From Diadema antillarum (lineage: Eukaryota), in contig NW_027271183.1 in assembly GCF_040938485.1 (NCBI RefSeq), positions 186,001-250,000 of the forward strand: 64,000 bases of DNA, written 5' to 3'. Every line of letters begins with the position of its first letter. Positions within the stretch are counted from its first letter, which is position 1. Below the pieces are notes generated by a model. That model did not search any database. It saw nothing but the letters and a program-made list of their open reading frames with translations, and was not told the origin of the DNA. Position numbers and translations under genes: made by a program. This document shows positions 1 to 10,670 of the stretch, in pieces.

Positions 1-199
1 TTGAAATCTCATAGTTTGTTCTGTTTATTTGTTTGCTTTGTTTTTATTTCTTCTTTATTACAAAGAAACCAGTAGATAAGTAGAACAGAGGAAATCGACT
101 GGGGTCTGTTGTACTCTGTAGTAGCAATACACCGGTCCGCAGTGTGTGAGCAGCGGATGGTGGACGACATGGTACACCTCTAGCGGGGATCTTTTGAAA

Positions 200-441
200 C
201 AGCGCCATCTGCGTCAGTAATGAATCATTGCTCCATCGGCTCGCTGTTAGCTAGCTATGTACAGTGCGTATGGCGTAGACTAGACTGTGTAGCAGTGACT
301 GGCGAAAATAGAGCGAGAGAATCACGAACACCAGTTGTGTGAACAACATTGACTGTCTGGCATGCACATTACCGATTGAATGCTCGGTTTTACGTAGTTT
401 ATTCGTCGTTTTGTTCTCCTAAAACCTACCTTAAACTCAAA
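200..441 (+). promoter_or_regulatory. Probable PSMB1 promoter / 5' UTR
   Basis: CpG-containing segment directly upstream of the ATG at 442, with TAGCTAGCTA at 248-257. The TSS cannot be placed from sequence alone. Confidence 0.5.
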
Positions 442-3400
442 ATGCAGAGCATACCTCACGGCTACCAAGAGGTTCCGAGTTATCATCCAGTGGAACATCA
501 ACGCTTCAATCCATATTCTTTCAATGGAGGGTAAGACGGCGGGTGTTCTCGGTCATGTGAATAGGGCCATAATTTTAACAACAACTGTTAGACTTTTCAT
601 AATTAACGTATCTAACGTTAGGGTCTAATTGTTAGATCTCGATAAGTTTTAGGGTCCTACACTTGTTACCATTCCCACTTGGTTTTGCTAGGACTCTCGT
701 CTAACGGTTACCAGAATTTTTTTATTTGTCCCAAAATAATTGCACCCAAAATGCACTCTTATTTTGCGTGTTTCTGTGACTGCGCTTTTGCCTGCCAAGT
801 ACGACAATACTCTTATCAGAGGGATGTACTCATCGGAAGAAGAAGAAGAAGAAGAAGAATTCTTTATTTCCTATAATGTTACTCCATCTGCTGATGAAAC
901 ACGCTACCCAAGAAATGGTCAACCGTCAACTGTCCATCCGCAGCGCAGATGAGGTCCAGCAATAAAATCCAGCTCTTCCCAACAAAGAGAAGATTCCCCC
1001 CCCCCCCATAACGACTAACGTTAGCACCAGTCTTGCGCCCCAGTAAATTAGATCTACTTGATTTCACTGTTATTTTGTAACACTAGATATTTTGATATCG
1101 CACTGCATTCACCACACTGAGCCTAAAATTTAATGTTATGTGGTTAGTAACAAGATAAACAATCAGTAAATTTAAGTTCTAACGTTAGATTCTAAATTTT
1201 ACCTAACGTTAAACGTTAAATTACACCACTCACCAGGACTCCATTAGACAGGCCTAACAACCGCTAGGAGATGGACTTCATTAGATTTCAAGAAGGAGAA
1301 GGAAGAAGGAAATAATGTTAATGTTTGTTATTAAAGCATTTGTCATATGGAGACAATCTCATGTCACTCATCTGTAGGCAGTCATGATCTGGAAGTGCAA
1401 AGTGATGTGTGGCAGAGATTGTTGCATATAAGCGCACAAGGCCCAATCAGGTGGGGGGGGGGGGGGGTGGGTGTGAGAGTATCAGTAGCTATCACTTCCC
1501 ATAACAGTAACACTTGCGAGTAAGTTCAACTCCCAAATTCGGCCAAACACCCCCACTTTTCTTAAAGTCGTTGGGACTAAATTAGATACTGTGTAAAGCA
1601 CACATGATGATGCTCTTGTACTTTTAATATTAGCTGTTTTATCGATGGAAACTGCTGCCCCTGCCACAGAATGATGGACACCCTGTCACAAACAGGAATA
1701 GATCCTAATTGAAATTAGGCCTACTCCAGAAACATACTTTGGCCTTGGCCTTGGGTCTAACCAGTAAATCATCCGTTTGCGACAGGGTGCCTATCATGTG
1801 GCAGGGGCAGTTTCATTTGTTGATTAAACTAGACTATTACGTTAGATGTCTACAAAGATTAATTTAATAGTGTAGGCTCTATAAAAGTCTAGTTCTAATT
1901 GTATTTATTAGAATTACTCTATTGGGACACAAATTATCCACTCTGTGCAGGCTGACAGGTGATGCAAAACTTTATCTGGAAATTATTTAAATCAGCTGAT
2001 GGTTTTGTTTCTCCTCGGATAGCAATATCCCACCTTCGTTGCTGTAGCTAACAATTCATCTTAATTTTATACCTCTGCCGTGGAGGTTATGTTTTTACTG
2101 CGTTTGTCCGTCTGTCTGTTTGCGAAACAGACTTCTACAACTCAAAATGTTACGGCATTTGGATGAAACTCACAGGAAAAGTTGATGCACTTGTATACTG
2201 TATGACACAAGGAGCAAATGATTAATGGTGATCCAAATCACTGTCTTGATACTGCAATTAAAAAAAAAAAAAGATTAAAGGGCTTTCTATCATTGACATA
2301 CTGGCCATAGGGCAAACAGGGAGTTCAAGCTGTGTGTACTTCAGCACATGCTAAAGGCACAGTACAAAGCTGTTCAAAGTGGATGCTGAGACATTAGTAG
2401 AAAGGCTTCTACACAAATTCTTTATCATTGAAAAGAAAAAGGGTGATTTTCAGCGTGTGTGAATGGGTCAAAATTAGCTACATGTACTTGGCAGAGGTCT
2501 GTGCATCCCTGGTGCTTTTCTCGGGGTGATAGATTTTTACTTCTACCAGTTTGATTCATTAATTATACTTGTGCCATCTTTAATGTAGCATCTAGGCATG
2601 GTCACACTACGGGAAACTAGGCGTAGTTTCACTACCTGATATTTTTCGTCGCAAAGCTTGGGCAGTGTGACCTCAAACTTCTGGAGAAGTTACCAGCGAA
2701 ACTCCCTGCGTGCACTTGGGAAGGTTTCTGTCTTCTCGTAAAACGGCATTTAGGTAGTATGACTGCATGTGGCTAAAACTATAAAACCAAATTTTAAAAA
2801 ATGGCTAAAAACTGGATAAAGTTCACTATGCATTGGCACACTTTTTTTTTTTCATCACTGAAAATATAAAACTTTGGCATGAGATGCATACAAGGAAATC
2901 TTGACAGTGGTTGCCAGGCCTGATGTACCCTCGATGTGAGCAAACTGACCAAAGCATCCGGCTAGATAATAAATTTGGTTGCTCATTGCTCTCCATGTAC
3001 AGCTATAAATGTAGAGCAATTATAACTAACCCTTCAATCCTGAGCAATATTCAAGTTAACCAAAAAACAACACATGCTTTCTTTTGTGATCAGGTGATGT
3101 TTACTTATTAGTCAGGTTTGATAGATGGTACATACCCTTTGTTCTCTTAGAGTGTACCTCACAAATGTTAAAGTACATTTTCTGAAGACCATACACGGCA
3201 CATAATAAAATAATAATAACGACAACGGTAATAATTATTTACCTTTTTACTGAACTTTCTACAGAGTTTACTGGAGAGTGTCACGAGTTGAATTTTTTTG
3301 AGCAAAATGTGCAGTTCTCATTTTTTCATTTTTGTTTCTCATATAAACATTATTCCTCTATATGAGGATGTGCCACAATTGCTTGTAACCGACATGGCTT

Positions 3401-6400
3401 GATCAAACTTCATTGCAATATTGTGACTGTACATGTATGTGTATGGCTGAGTGAAGACCAAGCAGTTATTAATATATTGAATTTATCATTCTTTTATCAT
3501 CCTCCAGGACTCTTTTAGCCATGGCAGGAGAAGACTATGCCATCATTGCATCCGACACCAGACTTAGTGAAGGCTTTGCAATACACACACGAGACAGCCC
3601 AAAGACGTACCAACTGTAAGTTTCAAGATTTCAAAGCCTAATTACAACTTCTATTCTTGCCATTGTTTTCCCAGGGATATCAAACCATTCACACTGATTG
3701 ACATGATAAAGGAAATGCGATTTGTAACTTTCAAGGGAAAAATTGAAAATGTGAGATTCATGCTGAAGAAACAACGTACAGTATGAATGACTACATAGTT
3801 GTTGGTGAATATGATACATGCCTAGAGGAAGAGGAATGCGTGGACATGCTTTGGTTGGGAAACTCTGCATTTTATGTGAAAGAGTGTCTCTATCCAGAAA
3901 ATATGATTTGAAACTGCATAGCTGCTGAGTTGCAGTATGTGTGCAGTGATAACATATTGAGTAAATACTGCTCGAAATTTCCATGTCAAGGAAAATCAAG
4001 AGTCTGCTGCAAAGACTATTGGTTTGTTTCTTTCTCGATTAAGTGTATGGTCATTTCGATGTACGTACAAATTACACTCATCAAGTTAAGTGATATTGAG
4101 ATATTTTAAGTAGTGACATGTGAAATGTGTTTTTCTTACTACAGAACTGATGCAACAGTGCTTGGCTGTGCAGGTTTTCATGGAGATGTTTTGACATTGA
4201 CAAAAGTCCTTGGTGCAAGGCTGAAGGTAAATGGACGATACTTGTTTTGTTTGTTTTCTTTCTTTTTTATACCCCCGCCAAACGAAGTTTGAAGGGGGTA
4301 TATAGGAATCAGCGGACGGTCGGTCGGGCGGTCGGTCGGGCGGTCGGGCGGTCGGTCGGGCGGTCGGTCCGTTGCAAATCTTGCGTCGCGAACTACTTCC
4401 TCAGTTTTCAACCGATTCCCATAAAACTTGGCACAGATGTGTGCCTTGGGTTGTAGATGTGCAAGACGTATTTTTTGACAGTACCCAAAAGTACGTTGCC
4501 ATGGTAACGGCATATTATGGGCAAAAATGGGTACAAATCTTGCGTCGCGAACTACTTCCTCAGTTTTCAACCGATTCCCATAAAACTGGGCACAGATGTG
4601 TGCCTTGGGTTGTAGATGTGCAAGACATATTTTTTGACAGTACCCAAAAGTACGTTGCCATGGTAACGGCATATTATGGGCAAAAATGGGTACAAATCTT
4701 GCGTCGCGAACTCCTCCCACAGTTTTTGATCAATTTTTATGAAATTAGGTACAGATGTTCATCTGAATATGTTAATGTGCAAGACACATATTTCCGCAGT
4801 GACAAAAAGTGCGTTGCCATGGTAACGGCATGTTATTGGTAAAATATAGGGCAAAATGCTTCATGGCAAAACTGCTTCATCAGTGTTCTTCCAATTCTCA
4901 TGGAATTCATATTGAATGTTTGTCTTAGGATATAGGTCAGCATGACACATTTCTTGACAGTGACAAAAAGTATGTTGCCATGGTAACAGCTCACATATTA
5001 TGAGCCAAAATGATGGAAAATTTTGTGTTGCAAACAACTTCCTCAGTTTTTGCCCAATTTCCATGAAACTTGGTACAGACATGTGCCTTTGGTTGTAGAT
5101 GTGCAAAACGCATTTTTCGACAGTACCCGAAAGTACGTTGCCATGGTAACGGCATATTAATGGCAGAAGATCAAGGAAAGATCTTGCGGATTTAACTACT
5201 TCCTCAGTTTTTTGACCAAAGCTTATCAAATGTTGTTTTGACCAAAGCTTATGAAATGATGTTTGACGGGGGTATAACCAGTCGCTGTAGCGACATTTCT
5301 AGTTTTATAGAAGAAATTGATGTTCAGTACAGAAGAGCATTAATTGTTTTTAAGGTCTGTAAGACGTGTGGTTCTCAGTATTACTCAAAAAGGGCAAACA
5401 GTTTTTGTATTATGCAATATGTGCCCCTTGTATGCTGGTAAAACCATTGTCTCTTGAGTTAGACATACTGGAATATACAGAATATCAGAATTTTGTAAAT
5501 ATTAACGTACAAAGTTTGAGCATAAATACTGTGCACTACTGTTATAACAAATACAGGTATAACAAAATTCCAGTTACAACGAAGTAAAAATTCAGACCAC
5601 AAGAATATCTGTGCTATGTTTTTCATAATTGTTTATTTGGTCCGTTATAAGGAAAGAAAACTGCCAGTCTGGAGGACTTCGTTATAAGGGAAGTCCACTG
5701 TATGTAGGTAAATTGGTAACACTAGCAAAAGATGAGCTTGCAAAGTGGAAAAAAGGAGAAATGAACTGTGTCAATGGTCAAATACAGAAGAATGTAAGTT
5801 TTCATAAAGTGTGTGTACTCTCACAATGTTTAGTAACGCTGGTTTGGAATGTGAACCACCTACTTCTGCAATATGATCTTGCCTTCTTTTTCTTTTGTAT
5901 CTGTCTCATCTTTTTTCCCCTCCTTTTCTTTTTGCGGTCTTCTTTTTTCCAAGATGTATGAGCACGAGCACCACAAGAAGATGAAGACGTCTGCCATTGC
6001 GGCCATGCTATCCACAATTCTCTACTACAGGAGGTTCTTCCCCTATTACACCTACAACATCCTGGCTGGCCTGGATGATGATGGTGAGATTCATGTCACC
6101 AGTATATCTTGTAAAGATAATTCCTTCCTTTTCCTGGTGATCTTTTTACACTTCTTGCGTGGAAAACCCCCAGAGTGTGTAATGTAGTACTGTAAAAGTG
6201 ATATTTTTGCGCGACTAATTTTCCGCGCTTGGCTGGATGAGAAGAGTTTCGCATGTTTTTAATTCTGCGGAATAAAGACATCAACTACTGGAACATATGG
6301 CATGCAAAAATATTCACGTGCTTTTATTTTCGCGCTAGTTTTTGATTGCACGAAATGTGCGCAAATTTCAACACCACGAAAATTAAAACTTTTACAGTAT

Positions 6401-8606
6401 ACATTGAGAAAGGAGAGGGCAATATACAGTCAACCTTGCCCAAGTCAAATCCATTTGAACTGAAGAAATATCTTTGACTTCAGAGAAAATTAAGACTTAT
6501 GTGGGATTAAAATCAATAGAATGTAAAGAGAAGAGGACTTGAAGAAAAAACCATCGACTTCGTCGATGATTCAACTTATACGAGGTCGACTTAAGCAGGG
6601 TTGACAGTAAATACATTTTATCTACCCTTACCCTCTTAATCCTGATCTTTAATAGTGAGGAGAGGTATATTGACTACTTGTGCTTTATAGTGCAATATTT
6701 CCTGTGCATTGCTTACCAGGGATATCATTGTTGCACATTAGTCATTGTTGCAACATTTTTAGAGGCTTTCCATCAATTTAAGTGCAATTTTACACTATGC
6801 TTGATTTCACTACAGAATTGCAGTAAAATTGAATTTATTAAAAAAAAAATCAAATCAAGTCAATAGTTCATATGTGACCACCAGCTCAAAACCCACAAAC
6901 AGTCACAGATTAGGATTCTATGTAATAAACCAAAATATGTCACTCGTGTTGACTGACTCAAATTCGTAAAGTTTGTCTTGCATGGAAGAGTAATCCTTTC
7001 ATTACCTACTGTCAAAATTTGATGGCTTAGAACAAAACTGAAATAGAGATATAAAGCAGTTTTTCTGGACCACTGGGAAATTTATACTTCTGCATTGCAC
7101 ACTTCAGTGACTAATCTTTTTCCTTTTTTTTCTCCCTTTTCTATCACACTGCACCTCCTCATTTCAATTACTTTTTTAATGGGTAAGGATGGTCCAATTT
7201 TGATTAGTTATATATCATTTAAGAGTGTAAAGCTTAATCTTAGAAAACCTAGAAAACTTCAAAAACTATGTAGGAAAGTGGACATTCATTTTGACTACTT
7301 TTTAGGGGCTTTGAGCAGGGCAATCAACTTGCATCTCATGTCTTGTCATCAGTCTGTGCACACAGGTGTCATGCTTTTTAGACAATTCATTGGGTGTCAT
7401 AGCAACTGACAGAGGAAGCTCCACAAACATTTGCTTCAAAGGAGGCGGTTCTGTTTACAGATTAGTTGCCAAGTGATGCTTCAAATGTGTTCAATGTCCT
7501 GTGCTTTTTTCACTGTGAAATCACAATAATTGTTGGTTGTGATCCTCCAGGCAAGGGGTGTGTGTACAGCTTTGATCCTGTGGGGTCGTATGAGAGGGAG
7601 ACCTACCGAGCTGCAGGGTCATCCAGTGCGCTTCTACAGCCTCTCTTGGATAATCAGGTCGGTGATCAGAAAATCACTCTTTATTACATGTATTGCGCAT
7701 GTTAACTTTTTATTTTCCATTAATATATGCATTGGTCATTCTTCCCAGCTATGGTCTTGGCTCTACACATGAATGAGCAGGGTTCGAAATTAGTGATGGT
7801 CCGCTGGCCATTGGCCACCCGAAATCGCGTCGGACTAGCTAAAAATCATAAAATTCTGAAGTTACTAGTCCGTCTGGCTAGCCAAAATATTGCTTCAGTG
7901 TCAAAATTGATTCTAAGTAGTCCGCCTGGCTAGTTAAAAAAAACAGTTAAGTGCGACCCCTGATGAGCTTGTTGCCGGTTTGTAAGCTGCTGCTAATTCT
8001 GCACCTGAATAGATGGAGGAGAGTTATGAGTGTGCAAATGTATGTATATGTCAGTGATATAATATCATTTCAGTTTCATTATAATTCATCTCAACTTCAA
8101 TTTAGTCAGATACAACATTTTAGAAAAAAGTGAAACTGGGTGACTTGTTTTAAAGTTTTTGAGTGCACCATGTCTCTTTTTCTGATGTACCTACTGTAAA
8201 GATAGAAATTTTTCCCCAAGTAATTTCATTTTTTGCACTCTGCCAGGTAAGATGAATTTTGTGCATTTACAATCTATGGTGCAAAATTCCCTTGGTCATA
8301 TTGAAATTTTGTTATAATGTAGAAAACTGCAGGTCCAGAGGACTTTGTTGCAACAGGAGTCGCCTGCATACACATCTTGAAATTTTCGGATTTTTTGTCT
8401 CTCTCTTGCCCTCTGATCAGATTGGAGGTAAGAACCAGGAAGGGTGGGTGAAGGAACCCATCCCACTGGACAAGGCTGTAGCCCTGGTCAAGGACGTCTT
8501 CATCTCTGCGGCGGAGCGTGACATCTACACAGGAGACGGGATCGTCCTCCACGTCTTGACAAAGGACGGGGTCAAGGAAGAGCGGTTCCCACTCAGACGA
8601 GATTAA
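442..8606 (+). CDS. PSMB1: Proteasome subunit beta type-1, 233 aa. Six coding exons: 442-530, 3508-3615, 4145-4226, 5954-6083, 7551-7657, 8421-8606
   Basis: The spliced translation includes [70 protein letters not shown] and [18 protein letters not shown], and ends PLRRD*. All introns are GT-AG with consistent phases; total 702 nt. Confidence 0.98.
836..858 (+). repeat. (GAA)n microsatellite in PSMB1 intron 1
   Basis: Run of GAA triplets read directly. Confidence 0.85.
2067..2522 (+). mobile_element. Non-autonomous Helentron-type (HINE/DINE-like) element, degenerate
   Basis: Starts TATACCTCTGCCGTGGAGGTTATGTTTT followed by a (TCTG)-like microsatellite. Subterminal inverted repeat ACCTCTGCC / GGCAGAGGT and a 3' stem remnant. 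A related copy lies at 31078-31530 in the opposite orientation. Confidence 0.6.
4265..5304 (+). mobile_element. Pearl/Tsp-like (HINE, Helentron-derived) element with a 159-bp internal tandem array
   Basis: 5' subTIR TTATACCCCCGCCAAAC with an adjacent inverted copy, then a (GGTC/GGGC)n tract. Core units start at 4375, 4534 and 4693 (period 159), followed by diverged units. 3' subTIR GTTTGACGGGGGTATAA and palindrome GTCGCT-GT-AGCGAC at 5281-5294. Confidence 0.8.
6190..6397. mobile_element. MITE with CTGTAAAA...TTTTACAG termini and TA flanks (Tc1/mariner-like)
   Basis: TA|CTGTAAAAG ... CTTTTACAG|TA. A related element lies at 49819-50021. Confidence 0.65.
6427..6607. mobile_element. Tigger/pogo-like MITE, ~180 bp
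   Basis: TA|CAGTCAACCTTGCCCAAGTC ... GACTTAAGCAGGGTTGACAG|TA. A second copy lies at 46405-46580. Confidence 0.75.
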
Positions 8607-9707
8607 ATCTTGCGACATGTCTCGCAGTAGTGTAGATATTAGTGTTGTATTGTCAATGTCTCATATCATTACATAGTCTGCGTTATGTTTGAATGTGATG
8701 TCCACAAAGGTGACATCTCAGTCTGGAAGATCTGGGCACTACAAGATGGTGGTCCAAGACCACAGGGTAGAGATGATCATTTCCTGTGCTTATTGATAAC
8801 TTTGGTCTTAACTGTGACTGAACTTGAGTCTTAAAAATGTTCTCTAGCATTTCTTTATCAATGATGTAACTTAAGAGAGAGTGAAAAGAAAGTGCACACA
8901 GTGTCCCGAGAAATACATTTAGGTGTGATTGCCACATATGACATCATGTACGACATATGTGAGTGAAAGCAGAAACGATTCAAGTTTGTTCTTGATGAGT
9001 AATTTTACTTCTTCTTGAAATGCAGATTTGGGGGAATTAGGTAAGGTCTGATACAAGAAGATTCCTACAAAAAGTTTTATAAGCCTAGTCCCATATTCAG
9101 TGCCTAGTGGTCTGTAGAAATGTGATGCATGTACGGAGCTGTAATTGGAGATGTTGAGTATGACCTGCATTCCATGCAGGTAAGTTCTGAAAGAAAAAAA
9201 AATAATGCTGATGTATTCATGCACACATTGACATTAGGGCCTTGTGAGTAAGTTGTCCTGTGTAAGCCAGATTCTACATGGAGGTGAATAGCAAAACAAG
9301 AAATTTATAGTACAATGATAAAGATATTTTTGTTGGGAAAGTAAAAATTGTCAACCATGGAATGTGCAGATATCCAGCTTTGTGCAGTAGTAATTGTGCC
9401 AGATTTAGTGATTCCTTGGCCAGCTTTGACATTCAAAAATCACCTCCTAACTCAAAAGTACCAGTTAGTTCCAACACCTCAGAAACATTTAAAAAAAGAC
9501 AGAACTTATCCACAACATTCATATTTACTCATTTGAATAACGTTCTCAATCTTTGAGTCTATTTAAGATGAACTGAAAAAAAGTATTGAAGAGAGAAAGA
9601 GAGAGAGAAAAAAAAAACATGTACAAGCTCTTTTAATGTTACTGAACTCATGGGCCCGAATTCACTAAATAAACATTTACAAGCTCTTTTAATGTTACTG
9701 AACTCAA

Positions 9708-9913
9708 GAGCCCAAATTCATGAAGGTGGTTTAAATTCAGTCCATGGTCTAAAAATAGGCGTGAAATACACATACCTTTGACATGCGTGTATCAAGGCAC
9801 GTTTATTTGGATGTCTGTCAACATACTTAATATTGTATCACACATATTTATGTAGAAGTAATTTACATAAATCATGGTCTAAATGGTCTACACCACCTTC
9901 ATGAATTTGGGTC
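9708..9913. mobile_element. MITE with ~21-bp TIRs, possibly PIF/Harbinger-like
   Basis: GCCCAAATTCATGAAGGTGGT ... ACCACCTTCATGAATTTGGGT; downstream of the PSMB1 stop codon. Confidence 0.65.
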
Positions 9914-10367
9914 AGTATAAACTGTCAGATGGTCTTGTGTTGTCTCTTAGTATATCTAGCTGTCATCATGTACACTTGTACATATCTTGTACAACACACC
10001 CTGTCCATACTATGACATTGATGAAAATAAATCAATTTTGTATATGATATCAAATAGACATGTCTCTTTAGCATGTGGTGTATGTGTATGCATTGGTTAC
10101 ATTTGTGAGTGCTACGTGTAGTATACTTGTCAAATGATCTCCAAACATGTACAACTCACCCTAAATGTTCCACAACATCAAATTACTTGCATCTGGGTCT
10201 CAACTTTTTTGAAGGTGGATATTCGCCATTTGCACACTTTTAGTCAAGAAATTGCACATTTGAACACAAGCGATCATATCCATACCTATCACACTGATAT
10301 TTTTCTATGGTATCTCCAACTATGGTATTTACTTTATACTTAATTGACAAATACTTGCATAAAGGCA

Positions 10368-10403
<36 letters not shown>

Positions 10404-10670
10404 TTTTTGCATGTGTGTCTCGGCATGTATGTGTGTGTATGTGTGTGTGTATAAGGGGATATACGGAGTAAAAAGGATAATAGGAATGTATACTACAGTA
10501 TGCACAGTGTTTATGTATGAGTGTTTTGGATATGTGTGGTTTTGTGTATAATGTGTGTGTGTGTGTGTGTGTGTATGTGAAAGAGAGGGAAAATGTGTTT
10601 GTGTGTGTGTCTGTGTGTGAAAGAGAGGGAAATGTGTATGTATGTGTGTGATAGGTGCGGACATGTATGA
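10368..10670. repeat. Compound (GT)n / GT-rich microsatellite region
   Basis: Long (GT)n runs interspersed with GTAT and GAGAGGGAAA motifs. Confidence 0.9.

Noticed and set aside
4178-4842. Long ORFs on both strands (180 aa minus, 156 aa plus) with 53-aa repeats
   Set aside because: They are by-products of the 159-bp core repeat and microsatellite of the pearl/HINE element inside a PSMB1 intron.
10329-10664. His/Thr-rich and Cys/Val-rich ORFs
   Set aside because: They are translations of (GT)n microsatellite DNA.
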